From Phoronis australis (Eukaryota; Animalia; Phoronida), in the NCBI GenBank assembly GCA_002633005.1, contig NMRA01000424.1, positions 89,128-153,127 on the forward strand: 64,000 nucleotides of DNA. Reading direction: 5' to 3'. The notes below the pieces were generated by a model that made no database searches, was not told where the DNA came from, and worked only from the letters and a program-made list of their open reading frames with translations. Shown here one piece after another: positions 12,301 to 25,616 of the stretch. The position numbers and the translations under genes are program-made. Each line of letters opens with the position of its first letter. The first letter of the stretch is position 1.

Positions 12301-15300
12301 AAGGACACGCAACGGTATTTCACTCAGGATATATAGTATGGCGAGCTGGCGTCTTTTGACCTATTTCAATAGGTCACTCTTTCCGTCTGCCGATCAAAAA
12401 TTGCAGTGTGTTCCTGAGAAGCCATCGTAGTTTGAATGCCACAGCATGCGTATAGGACTATTACGTCCCTTGGTGGAAGTGTTGCGTATGTACTCGAGGT
12501 TCAGTGATTCAGGCAAACGGTTATTTAATGAGATACGAAAGTACAAAAAGCAGTCCGTAGTGAGTCCGCCTGAAGCGTGCATGGTTCGCCGGAACTCAGC
12601 CGCGGGTAGACGTTTCCGTGCTCACACCAGGTTTCAAACAAGAATGAAAATTGAATATGGCATAGCCATAAAAGTGTCAGAATACCGGCCTAAGAAGGTA
12701 CGTTCAAAATTTCAAGAACTTAATAATTGCTGTAGAGGTATTGGTCTGCCACTTTGAATGTAGGCCTACACTCATGCGACACAGACAGCAAGAGCATCCT
12801 TTGTCTAAAGTGTAACATCTCAAAGCATAAACAAATGCTCATACAATTTCAAGGTTTCCATTACAATGTATTTTTGCTGCCTGAATGTTAAACTCTCCGT
12901 ATTTCAGGCCATATCCCATGGCCTTCGTTACCACAACATTACTGAGCTTCTATGGACGAACTTCAGCGTAAGTTTGACGAAAAAGAGAAATTAGTTGTTT
13001 TTGCTAAGCCAAAGTAAATGAACGTCACAGTGGAATATCTCAACACGTCGTCCATTTTTGTTAAGAAATCCAATGGCGGTTGTAGACTTGTCACTTCCTT
13101 TGGTGAAGTTGCTCAATACAAGTCCCAAACTTCGTTAATGCCTAACGTAGACAGTGTCTTACGGGATATTGCACAGTGGAAGTTCCTCGTCGTTTCGGAT
13201 CTTTTACAGTTCTACAAAATACCTCTTAGTCAATTCTCCATGAAGTACTGTGATGCCGTCACTCCTTGTAAAGACATTCGTGTATACCCGTGCCGCCATG
13301 GAATGACTGGATCTGGGACGTGCATTCAGGAGATGATATCTCGCATCTTAGGCGATCTCATCCAAGAAGATGATTGGCAAGTTTTCGGTTCTACCCCTCA
13401 CGAAGCCCTGCAAAACTGTCGTCGTGTTTAGCTGCCCTGAAGCATAAGAACCTTCACATGTCTGCCAGAAAGATCATAATTTGTCCTACGTCGACTGTCG
13501 TACTTGGTTCGATATGGTTCAGTGGTACCTTCCAAGCAAGCATCACAAGGTCACAGCCGTGTCTTCATTGTCTCCCCCAACCATGGACTGCGGTCTTACA
13601 TTGGTGCATACAAGGCGTTGAGCCACGTCACAGAGGGTTACGCTGGCCTGTTGAATCAACTGGAACGTACTGCCACAGGTCGTGATTTGAATTATCATGT
13701 CACCTGGTCGTATGGTTTACTTACCGCTTTCAGGGCCTATCCAACACCAAAGTCATCATTATACTCCTGCCTTAAGGTCTCTTATTTTTTGTAGTCACCA
13801 ATAGGTCAATCAAGAATCGTAGCACTGGTGCTACCTAACTTTTACATCAACAGAGATGGCAATCAGCTAGGGGGATTCTTCAACGCCAAATTACGAAAAC
13901 ATCAAATTACTTGGTTACTACGCGAAGTGGAAGCACTATTCATAGGTGCTCATGTTCGTCACTTTGTTCCGTTCATCATCGAGTCTGATCATACCACACA
14001 GTGCCTGTTCGTGGAAGTGGAATTACTATACGTATTGACTACGCTCCCGGTTTTGTTGATTTTGCTTTGCAGAATTAGAACTTGTTTCGCAGGGAATTCA
14101 ACTAGATATTGGAAATGTCCGGAATCTGAGTAAAAACAGTGTTGAGGAGCGTGTTACAGAAAAATTGGAAATGGAACTTCCCCGGTGGTCTTATTTCTGC
14201 CGTGACGTGGCATTCGCCACATCTTGTCTCGATCAATTCCCGTTTACATCAGGATGGTTCATCGTCACGTTAACTATGTACCCAACGGACCTAGCGGTAC
14301 TTCTAAGGTTCGTGGTGGCATTGCGCCGTTTACCACTTTGCTCTCAGTTGGTCTGTTAGTGCACCTAAAAGTTGACAAAAACAAGACCCAAGCTCGGGAG
14401 CGTTATTTGGTCGCTGCCATTTCTAATGATCGGTGTGAGCTACGCAAATTTACCTCATCCCAATTTCGCTGTAAGACTTCCACCGCGCGGATGTCTGATT
14501 GTTACGGTGGTCCCAGTACTGCCTTTCGATCTGCTGCACCTGCTTGAGTAGTCATTTGATGACGATGTCAACTTTGGCCTGCTGACACTTCCTTCTCCAT
14601 CTTTGGTGACCCAACCTCAGATGTCTCCCAGTGACAAGCTCTTAGCGGAACAACAATCACACGTTCTCGTGCTTCCTTTACCACCGGCTATCGTGGATTC
14701 CCCTGAGTGTTTTCAGACTCACGACCATGCACCCAGTTCCCGATCCCGTTGATCCAGAGGTAACCTCTGATGTACTAGCTTTGCCTCCTAGTGAGGCCCA
14801 CTCAATCCATCTACCCCAATCTCAGCCTGGTTAACCACTGACTGTACTTAACGTTTTAGCTTAAGTTTTTTTTTACCTGCTACTGTATATTTTTTCTTAA
14901 GAGAGCAAGCAAGAGAAAGAAAGAAATAGAATGTGGTTACACGAGTATGTTTGGAATCTAATATTCTAGTGATGGTCTCTGTTCCGGTTCCTCTTTGTAT
15001 TCTGTCGTTACTTGTTTCGAATATATCTTCACTTCAGACTCTTTCTTATTGGCGCAGGCTAATTTGTTTACTCAGCGCCAAATTCTTGTGTATTCATAAA
15101 TCAATATCCAGAGCATTGTGAAGCTTGCTTCAACTCCCTTAGTTGGCCTCTCAAGAAGTTAGCTGGGATATTCTAAGTGTTTTTTTTCTATGTATCGTTT
15201 TAACATTTTGGCAACATGCCGGTGAACAATTCTGAAATGACGTGGCAATACCCGCGCAGTTCAAACACCGGGAACATAAATCTACACAGGCAATAAAAGC

Positions 15301-18300
15301 TGGAGATGTGTAAACAATGATCGACTAACATTCATATTCACCTTCACGCTTTTCACAAAGCGGTATCGTACTTTCTTAACATTCAAGTAAGTAAGCCATC
15401 CTCCCTAAACGGTCGCTTTTGTTTTTTAGACCGGCTCGTGGCGGCTCTGATGGTTTTCTTGTACTTCCGGTTGACGCACTCGGCACGAGGTACTGTTTTG
15501 CATTCTGGCAGCAGAAGACTGGGCCGTCACACGCGCTCGTCGTATCCGCTCACAACAACGAGGAACTGAACAACATCTATGTGGAGACACCAAAGACAGC
15601 AACCAACGACTGGACAAACCCCGTCGAACGGTTTTCATTGCCAGCAGGAAAAGATTTAGAGATTGAGCTTTTTGCTAATGAGGTGACTAGCTTTTTGTGC
15701 GTGATGCATGCACTTCGAAAAGATGCTAAGCCCAGTTTTTTTACCATTAACGGATATAAGCGCAGAATTCAGACTTCAGTGTTTGAAACAAAATAATGCG
15801 TCTTATTCGAGTTCAACGACTCCTTACAAAATCTGCTCAACTGACAAGCGTGAGTAACGATTCGGGCGAGTTAATGGACCATTGTTGGGAAAGACCGCGG
15901 GTCTCAAACCACGCAAACCCCGTGACACAATGAGGGTGCAGTTTCAGCTAAACAATGTTCACAGCTTGGGGATAAACTAATTGTGCAATAGCAGAGGATT
16001 TCGGTTTTACCCAAAACAGGTATTAGTGTTCGGTTAATGATGGGTCGAGTTTCAAACTTACAAGTTCATGAACGCAGTCGTTATCCATGCTGTGTTATTT
16101 TTTGTTTCCACGTTAATTCAATGGGCGATTAAGGTGTGCTAGCGAAGAACGGCCCTGATATATCCTGAATTGACCGAGAGCAGGAAGCATATGCAGTTCA
16201 GAGCATATATGGGCGGCGCGCCATAGGGGGCTGGGGGGTTAGCCCCCACTTTTTTCAGTACTGTGCCGCCCATGTTTGTTGGATTAGTGTCCCACTTATT
16301 TGTAGCGGTGTGACGTTATTGAATTTCGCCCCATTTTTTCGTTATTCCAATTCCAGCTGAGAGTTATAGTGGGTTATTATGGAAACGTGGGCACTAAACA
16401 TCCATTTCTTGGAAACAGGTAGCATTGTCATTTCTGAACTGATAACTCAACAACGTCGTTTTCGTTTGCAAATCCAGATAGTGAAACCTCCCTGAATGTC
16501 ATGGATACATGTATGCTCCTATTATGTTGACTGAAATGTCTTCAGACTGTTCATGTGTGTTTAATTATAACTCATTGCGGTATATACGCATTCTTCGTTC
16601 GATATTATTCGTTGTATTTTGGGAATGAGGAACTTGTAATTGAGAAGCATCACCGTCGCTGATTCGGAGCACACCAGAGGCGCTTCAACTGCCTGTTGCC
16701 GTGGATGTAGTGTTAATACACACTAGCTTATGATGCTACATTTCCAGCTTGTAGTGCTCACAGAAAACACAAACAAGGGACCGTACTGCTTGAACTCTAC
16801 AAAACCTGTCGCGGTGATTGTTGCCTCTCGCTGGGCTACACAAGGCGACAAAGACAGTGGGCGGTATGGTCACATGGCCGAGATGATTCCACCGATAGAC
16901 CAATGGGGAAACAAGATACACGTCGATGCACTTGTCGAGCGAACGAATACCAAATGTCACGTGTTGCATACGCATGAAATGGGCGGCAGTAGACTAAGTT
17001 TGCAAGGTAATTAAGATCGACTTACAGTTATGTACTCTGCGTGTGCGAACTACAATATTAAGAGGGTTGAGTTCAATATCATCGCGGCGACAAAATTGAG
17101 CCAAAATCATGAGCTCACATTGAAAATGCACGGTCATATCTCGCGAAGAATCTCGCGAGATCTGGCTTTTTACTGAGACAATAACTCGCCCAGAAAGTCA
17201 TGTGACTTTCAAAGAGGCAGACCACGGATTGAGAATGGTTTCTGGGTCTTTTGTAACCTAGTAGACGGATAGCCATGATTTTAACCGCCTGTTGATCATA
17301 TCCTTTTGCTGTTCTAATTGAAATTCGTGCACTGCGCAATATGAAACACCTGACTTCAGAGGCCCGCACATTTTAGCCGAGGTATTCCGAATAAAACTGA
17401 TACACACCAATAGCAGTAGTTTCGGTAAAAAGACTTTTGTGGTGCTGAAAATTTGACCATTCATCCCACTTGAGTAATAGCTGTAAATGGTTTTACAGTG
17501 TGACTGGCAAACTCTTTGCTAAATTTCATAAACTTGTTTATTAATTGAAACATTATGGGGATTATGCAACAGGAATTGTCAACTGACTTATTGACTATAT
17601 TCGCAGACTGTAACAAAGAATGGAAAACGTTTAATGAATTGTCGGGTCCAACGTCAGATAATCCAAAGATGACTCTCGTGATGACTGGCTCCCCGGCTGT
17701 CCTGACGTACATGCCACCTGTCGAACAGTTTACAAACTACTACATGTTCGTGGTGCCCGAGTCTAGTCATACATTTCGCAATGGAACGGTGATGCCCTAC
17801 ACTAGCACGCTGTCAGTCATCATTCAGGAGTACAAGATGGCGGGACTTTTGTTGGACGGTGTCAAGTAGGTGTCTTACCTCGAAAACAGCTTGCTGCCTT
17901 CGACTGCGGATAGGAAACAGTACCGCGGGTTACACTGTACTTTAATTTGTCCAGCACTGATTCTCAACGTACAATGCGCGAAATAATGTTTTTGCTCGGA
18001 CATGGAAGTTTGTGTACCTTGCACTTTCATGAGAGCGTTTTTCAATGTCACAAAGTAGATCTAGTGATTCGAGGTGGGTGGTCCTTTGACGTGGATGGTG
18101 ACACAGCTGTCTGGTAACTTGCCCACAGCTATACGTTCACTTATTTAATGGACCTTTGCAGACTTACTCCAATTTTCAAGTTTAGGGTTTACGAGGGTAC
18201 AGATAATTACTTCTCCAAAGATGTAAAAGGATCGAGTCGTTTTTGAAATTTCTGATAAGCCAATAAGTGAGTTATGTGTCTTTTAATCGTATGCGTAACA

Positions 18301-21300
18301 CCAATGAAATGAATAAGTGACCGTTCTCAGTGTGCGAGTCCATTGAACCAATCAGTGATGAATACTCGCTTAAGTTTTAGGTCTACGTATTTAAAAACTG
18401 TTATCATTACCATTACTGTCATAAAAACCCATAGCATCATTTGTACTAGTAGAAGGCCCAGTTATAACTAGTATATGACACGTCTCCGTCAATGGGCGAC
18501 TTGGCGCTTGTGCGACAACCTATGAAAATGCACGCATTCAGCTAGTCACGTGGGACGGTGAGATCTAGTCGCCCAAGTGCCGATTATCTAGTTCCGCAGA
18601 TCTTGTTTCGTACGAGAAAAACAAGAACTTGCAAGATTTCGAGCGATATTGCCAAGTTTTGCAATCGAAGCTCGTAATCACTCTACTCTTTTCAGCGAGG
18701 TGCTTGCATCTACGAAAGGCTCTATCTTGCTTTCTGCTCGCAATCTATGCTTTTGGCAGTTCGGGGGTGCGAATGTCTGACGGGCAAAATTCTGGCTAAT
18801 ACTCTGCCCTGGCCCACCCCAACTCAAAATCCTGGAACCACCGCTGAGTTTTCTTTACTCATTAGCACAACTTATTGAATGATTGACGACGATGATCAAC
18901 GACTTCTTTACAGGATCGAAAAGGTAGTTCACGACCTCACCATCGGCATTATGCCTAATTTTGTGATTCTTCACGTCCCCGTGACGTCAGGAGCTCATCA
19001 GTTGTACCACGAACATTCCCAGAAGAGCTTCGGTGTCGTTGTGCATGGCGTCACTAGCCGCGGTGACGCGTACGCGTTTCCCGCTGGATTGTTGCACACG
19101 AAGACGTCCAAATGGTGCCGCAAAAGACCGTACAAGAGCGAATACCAGGGAAATGGTATTGACGATGACTGCGACGGTGAGGCGGATGAAGAGATACTTA
19201 ACTTTAATGATGACGACAAGGACGGAAAAGTGGACGAAGACATAACAGACATGCTAAGGACGTATATAATCGAATCACCTTCTGCAAAAGGTGAGACTTT
19301 ACATGTATATTTCCTGTTAATACTGGTATACAATAGCAGTTTCCCTTTTATTGTTCTGACTTCCTATGGGGCATTGAGCAGGGGATTGTTACTTTTTTGG
19401 GACTATTCATATATGGTCATCTCGACTTTTGATCTCGCCATGTTCTCATTATCACGACTTCTTATCTCGTTATCTTGCCATTTCATCTCGGTATCTCGAC
19501 CTCTGTCTTTCTTCTGGTTATTTTGACCCGGCTTTAGCGTGTTATTTAGATTACATGTCGTTATTATTAGACTTCTAGGGCTACACTTCGGTAGAAACAC
19601 TTCCGAAAATTTGTTTCTCAGCCCTTGACAATTATCGTTAATTTGTATTTCCGCTTGAGGTTGTCAACCAAAGAGGTTCTATAGTGTAAGTCAGCGACTA
19701 TTGCTTACCAATGATGAAATAGAAACAAAGATGGTGACGTGCAGTTACTTTTGGATGCTCAGGAGTCCTGTTAGCGGTCACTATGTCTGTGGGGATTTTA
19801 TTTACGGCGCTGTTCTCATTTTTTCAAATGCGTTATGGGACGGTTGTCTGTTCAACACGGATCCATTGCAACATGCCATTTGTGCTTGTGCGACATAGAT
19901 TGAAAGTGAGACAGAAAACGCATGGCAAAAAATAGTTGACTACGTAGATTAGCGAATCTGTTGCACAAGATTCTCGAGGCGCGCGCCATCCTATATCACG
20001 CTAAGTAAAATATCATCACCTCAAGCACAGACTAAAAATCGGATTACACGTCCCCAAGTTATTGGTACTTTCATTTGATGTTTTCAAACCAACGACCATC
20101 CCGCGATGAATTTTAAAAATAACAGCAGCGCCGTAGAAGAAAATCCCTCGATTATTGACGCGAAACTATTGACCGCTGGTGAGTTTAAAACTCCAAAATC
20201 TGTCCAACGCATACATGTATGCACTGCATATCGATACCGCCGACAAGACCTATTGATGAGAACCTCCGATTGCACACAGGCAATTTAGGTCGATCATAGG
20301 GTAACAGTTTGTCATAAAAGATCATTATGTGCACAATTTATAATTTTGACGGTTACTTATATTTTATGTCCGTAAGAGAATAATTCGCTTGTTCTCTTAC
20401 GTAAATGACACATCGCAGCAAGCAAAAAACGATTAAGCGAGATCTGGCGAGACGTCTGTCACATACATAACACAAGAAAATTCATCAGGCCGCTAGATTT
20501 CGTAAAACTTTTAAGAGAATTAAAATACTCGTACAGTAGAATACTGTTGATAGAAGTGTTGCAAATGAACACCCCTTTTTCTGAAAAACTAACTTGTGGC
20601 TGAACTTTTAAAGGTTAGATAAGTGAAGGATTAGTCTCCCTGCTGCCTCGCTGTTTCCCTGCGTGCCGCTAGGTCAGTGGTCGGTAGCCAGCACGCAGGT
20701 GTCACTTAATTTTCCTCGGGAAATGTTTTTACACCGGCGTTTCTGATTGGCTAGTCGACTTCTCAACAGGCAGCGCTTTACGCAAACAAACTGACATGAC
20801 TGATGGACTGAGGTGTAAGTGTGGTCTGTTGTACAGACAAATCGGTGCTTAAACTTTATGTTCAGGAAATGTGAATCCTAGAAATTGTGGTTGCGCCTTT
20901 TCGGAGTGCATCTTTCTACTTACGATACTGTCCTGTATTCATACAGTAGGAATAACACACCGGTTAAATCGGCCATATATGTGTTTATTGTACATGTATG
21001 TGCTTCAAGCACGCGGCTATTAAACATCACTGCAGAAACGAAATAGTTGCTGCGACGCCATTTGCATGACAAGGATAAAAATCGTTTACAGTCAGCCATT
21101 TTTTTCACGGTGTTGTAAAGCTAACCAATGACTGCTGATGTTACATCAACAAATGCTAAAGCGCGTGACACTGCGTTATACCTGCGTGGCTAGGCATGTT
21201 TGGAACCAGCGAGGTTCCCTGCGTGCCGCTTGGTAGCCAGCACACAGGTAGCAGGCAGTAGCACGCGCTTTGTCATTGGTTGATGTAACCTTGGCAGTCG

Positions 21301-22416
21301 TTGGTTAGCTTTATAACAAAATGAGAAAATGGCGGACTATGTACGATTTAATTTTAGCCTTGGCATGCAAGTGGCGTAGCAACAACTATTTCGTTTCTGC
21401 AATAATCCTAATGTTTAATAGCTTGAAGCGCATACATGTACAATATACACGCCGTCATCTGGCCGATATAACTAGTGTGTTATTCACACTGTATGAATAC
21501 AGGACAGCAACGTAAAAAGGCAACGATGGTAGAAAGATGCACTCCAAAAGAAAGCAACTACAATTTTGTGGGATTCACATTTCTTGAACATGAGTTTTAT
21601 GCACCAATTTGTCTGCACATCAGACCACATTTACACTTCCTCCATCAGTCATGCCAGTTTGTTTGCGTAACGCGCAGAAAAGTTCAAAGTTACATTACTC
21701 GTGATATTGCGGCGATTTCCGTAGAAATGATTCAGAATTCTGACACATTCCATTTCCCATAAGCAAGCCTCAAATGGCCAAACCAATCAGCGCCATCTTG
21801 ATGCTTGGAAACGAGGCTGGCTAGAAGCTTGGTTAGACGTGAGAAGATTTCGTGCATTTTCTATGAGTTGTCTCACTGTGCGTTCTTTTTTCCAGAAATG
21901 AGGACATCTAGACAGGTAGCTAGGTCTTCGAATTCGAATACGCTTGTGATAGTCGCAATGATGGCATTTCTAGGGCTTTTGGTGGTTTTATGTACAGTTC
22001 TGATAGCTGTGAAAAAACGAGCTCTCCTGAAGCAACACTGCTGCAAGAAGAGCGGTGCGGAGGGGTGGAGAGAAATGGAAAGCAGACGACGAGTTGAAAC
22101 GTCAATAGAACCGAATAAAGACGATAATAAAAAGGTTAAAACGGCACCCGTTGTTCTCCAAACAAATGAAGAGAAACCGCGAGAGGTGGCCCCATCTGAT
22201 GGAATGTTGGAAAATGCGACAATTGGTAGTGCGACAACATCGGTCATCGCGACAACGACAGCCAGTAAGGAACAAAAAACCGATATTACTTCAAAAACGC
22301 AACAGGAAAGTGACGAAATTTCCTACACCTCGTCAGTCACCCCTTCAGACATTATGTTGTCGTCTCAGGCATCGAGTTTTAGCAAGTTTAGTCAGGTGTC
22401 GTCTTTTGCGAAGTAA
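9088..22416 (+). CDS. Gene model: IgGFc-binding (FCGBP N-terminal-like) domain type I membrane protein, 7 coding exons, ~695 aa
   Basis: join(9088..9326,11202..11381,15430..15682,16748..17006,17607..17865,18914..19290,21896..22416) = 2088 nt; all introns GT-AG with matching phases. Confidence 0.8.
11202..11381 (+). CDS. IgGFc-binding protein exon 2
   Basis: ...DGVVRIEVAEAKKIAVYAML; donor AC|GTAAGT, phase 2. Confidence 0.75.
12915..14931 (+). mobile_element. Decayed Ty3/Gypsy LTR retrotransposon pol remnant (RT, RNase H, pol C-terminus) in intron 2
   Basis: MDELQRKFDE..VEYLNTSSIFVKKSNGGCRLVTSF, KIPLS..SMKYC, GGFFNAKLRKHQITWLLREVEAL, DKNKTQARERYLV; stops and frameshifts; purine tract at 14899-14931. 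Confidence 0.85.
14932..15170 (+). mobile_element. Probable 3' LTR remnant of the Gypsy element (end uncertain)
   Basis: TGT immediately after the polypurine tract AAGAGAAAGAAAGAAATAGAA. Confidence 0.4.
15430..15682 (+). CDS. IgGFc-binding protein exon 3
   Basis: TTTTTTAG|A; GSDGFLVLPVDALGTRY is the SD-x-x-L-x-LP-x-x-x-LG-x-x-Y signature; GAG|GTGACT. Confidence 0.9.
16748..17006 (+). CDS. IgGFc-binding protein exon 4
   Basis: NSTKPVAVIVAS...GHMAEMIPPIDQWG matches S-x-KPVAV and H-x-x-E-x-x-PP-x-x-x-WG. Confidence 0.9.
17607..17865 (+). CDS. IgGFc-binding protein exon 5
   Basis: GSPAVLTYMPPVEQFTNYYMF...LLLDG; phase 1-2. Confidence 0.88.
18914..19290 (+). CDS. IgGFc-binding protein exon 6 (domain end + acidic DDDCDG motif)
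   Basis: GAHQLYH...SFGVVVHG...AYAFPAG then GNGIDDDCDGEADEEILNFNDDDKDGKVDED; donor AAAG|GTGAGA, phase 1. Confidence 0.9.
20773..21674. repeat. Long imperfect inverted repeat (~400-bp arms, ~90-bp spacer), probably foldback/MITE-derived
   Basis: 20773-21170 is the reverse complement of ~21262-21674, e.g. ACAAACTGACATGACTGATGGA vs TCCATCAGTCATGCCAGTTTGT. Confidence 0.85.
21896..22416 (+). CDS. IgGFc-binding protein exon 7: TM helix + Ser/Thr-rich cytoplasmic tail
   Basis: TTCTTTTTTCCAG|AA phase 1; LVIVAMMAFLGLLVVLCTVLIAV followed by KKR; stop TAA at 22414-22416. Confidence 0.8.
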
Positions 22417-22585
22417 CGCATAGACCTAACTGACGATGTTAAGGGCAGAAGTGTTGAAAAATTAGCTGGTGTTGCGGTATTGGTTATACAAGTCATATAC
22501 TCGAACGCATTAGGAACATCTGATCGTATTTTTGTGGCCTGAAATTACCCCTCGCAGGTGTTTCACGCGTGTATCTGCGCAGGTA

Positions 22586-22697
<112 letters not shown>

Positions 22698-25458
22698 TTT
22701 AATTTATCTCATTGGTGCAAACTACCACCACTACAGTCCCGTGACTCTCAAAATGAAGAATGCCGTCTTTGCGCCGGGATGCCGCTGTGGTCACGGGCGC
22801 AAACAAGACTTGGCAGTAGGTCTACATAAGGAGGTAGACTATACGAATATCTCTGATTGCTCGCCTTTTGAGACCTGCGGTGTTAAAGCCTCTAGACAAA
22901 ATCCTTATGTTGTTATGATTGAAGTCGAACGTGCGCAGACATGAAACACCTCCGAGGGATAATTTGACGGTACAATTTCAAAAATACTCAATGTTCGGGA
23001 AGACTCGATCGAGTAGATATTTAACAACGAGAGACACTCTGAAATACAATGTACTTTGAAGTGGCTGAGACAGTGAGGTCTTGTAACCGGTGAGTTCATG
23101 GACAACTTTATTGTGAGTGAAAGTCATAAAGTATTCACTTCTAGTCTCCGATCTGTAAAACTGAACTGAACTTTAGTCGCATCACAATACAGTAAATTTG
23201 AATGATTGTACTTTTTATGCTTGATTTGCATTTTGTATCGGTGGTTGAAAAAGTAGATCAAAAGATGATTCTCAGCACAACGAACATTGTTTTCTCCGGT
23301 CTATCTTTTTGCCTGTCGTTCATTCGTTCAAAATCGCCTGCCAAGGGCACCGTTCTTAAGACCTTGGACAAAATTAGACCTTACGCTCCTGTTAACAACA
23401 GCTGAATGAAGGTCTAGCCTGTTAATTGTGTGCGCATCACAGAAATAATTTATGAAAAAATGCTCAATAACCAGCCGTTATGTGTATGTTCTCACGGACT
23501 TCTCATTTTCGCTCAAGTGACATTTGTGAACTGTGACACCAAATTTCTTATTTAAGACTTCAGTTCCTTTTCATGACACAAACCCCAGAGTTGTGCAGAG
23601 AAATTTTTTAATTATGCTTCCACTTAGCAGTTATGGAGTAAAGTTTTCGCCACGTAATCTTTAGCGCATCACAGTGTGAGGTATAATTTATGAGGATTAC
23701 CTGTTTGTATGCATTTCGAGAGACCTCGTGCTTTTGCTGAGATGGAATCATTATTTTCAGGTATAGTTGTGTAGAATGGTACACGAAATTTCTGACTGCG
23801 ATTGATTTATTTATTTACCATCCGCTGACCGCAAACAAATAAGGGTAATGCAATACAATGTAGGAATTTAACACAACGTTACACAAAGACTGAAAGACAA
23901 ATAAGACGAAGGTGCAAATAAATTAAAAAAGGACAATCCATGCACGTGTGACACGAAAACGTAGATACTTGTCTCCATGGTGATCCGCCCCATATTATAC
24001 AATTATTGACATTCACCTGAGCAAAGCTACCATGCCTTGACACAGGTTTGCATTAACCTAGTACTTATTTTACGTTGATTTAAGAACAAATATGAAACCG
24101 GGTGACATAAAAAGGTTTACAAGGTCGGTGACGCCCAGGTGGCGCAGTGGTAGTAGTTTCTTTCCAACAAGAATATTACGGAATCGAATCAAGAGGAGAT
24201 CCGTGTTACTTCAACAAAATATTTTTAAAATTACGTAACACCTGCACCAACAAGACTATCTGCAAAACTGTGGAGTAGAACTTGGCAAAGAATATGTTTT
24301 ATGAAAGTACAAATTTGGTGAAAATTGAATTTTGACTTTATACCAGTCTGTCATTAATTAGGTCGCTTGACGTTGCTTTTTCGTAAAATTAAGTAAAAAA
24401 AGAAGAGTACACTCGTAGAAAAACGACAGGATCACTAACATGAGTAAATTTCTTGTGATATAAATGTTCAAGATAAAATCTCAAAAACACGATCATAGTA
24501 TCCATAATCATCATTTGTTTTTGTTTTATGCAACTACACCACTCAGCGGCTGACGTCATCTAACGTGAAAATAGAATACTTAACACGCGCAACAATCTCA
24601 TGTTCAGCAAAGGGCATTGCACCGACACTTTTACGCGATGAAAAATGAGACGCATAATTTCCATAAAAACGATATTCTAATTCAGTGAAATTTTTCTCTC
24701 GTGTTCTCTCATTTGTAAATCACCGATTTCCAATTTGAATGCAAGTGTCGTGTAGTCGGGATCCTTTGACTTGAGCGTTATAGTCAGTTACTAGTGGTAA
24801 CCTACTTCAGCAGACGATATATTCCCGGTCGAAGCTTAGCGTGATAAAATGTGTAGTAAGCTATAACAGTTGCTAAACCTTAATTTATAGATTCACTTCT
24901 ATTTTGTTTTATTTTTCAATTGGTTTTAAGTAAAGACATTATTTTACAAAAACATCTCGGCTTTTCTTAAAAGGTCACGACCTCCGACCCCGGGCCTGTG
25001 ACGTAGAAAGTAGTAACAAAGCCGAGGCGAGTCGAGAAAGGTAGATCGATTCATTGCAATGTTTCTCGTTCAGTATGTGGTATAAATAGTAACGCCCCTC
25101 GGGCGATAATTCCCCAAAATCCTCTCGGGCTCTAGATAACGGGGGATAACGACTTCGTCATGTAATAATCTATATTTATTTCACTTTTTTGTTTAGGTTT
25201 GAAAACGCATATCTTAGTATTGGCATGCAAAAGTATTGCGCACGGAGCTGAACCCAAAGTGATGGTTTAAAAAAAACATATTTTATGAAGTGTTGTGTGC
25301 TCAGGTGGTAATTTTAGCGAGAAGAGGCATCCATATTCAACGCGCGTTAAATACGGAAAACACATATTCAACGCGCGTTCAATGCGAAAAAGTCAATCTT
25401 CCATATCAAACTTCTCAATACGACCCGTAATCCATGGCCATACCATCACGCGTAGGCT

Positions 25459-25616
25459 ATAGGATAAATACACAAAACGTACTGAGAGTGGCGTACATGA
25501 AGTAATATCCCACTCGATCTTATTCCGCGTATCGACATCGACCTTCGGTCTCGGTCGATACGCGGAATAATGTCTCGTGGGATATTACATCGAGGTACGT
25601 TTTGTATTTATCCCAT
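25459..25616. mobile_element. Palindromic hairpin MITE
   Basis: GGATAAATAC..AAAACGTAC..GTAATATCCCAC..TTATTCCGCGTATCGAC mirrored by GTCGATACGCGGAATAA..GTGGGATATTAC..GTACGTTTTGTATTTATCC. Confidence 0.75.

Noticed and set aside
20920-21515. Paired similar ORFs on opposite strands (...CKWRRSNYFVSA / ...CKWRSNNYFVSA)
   Set aside because: By-product of the long inverted repeat
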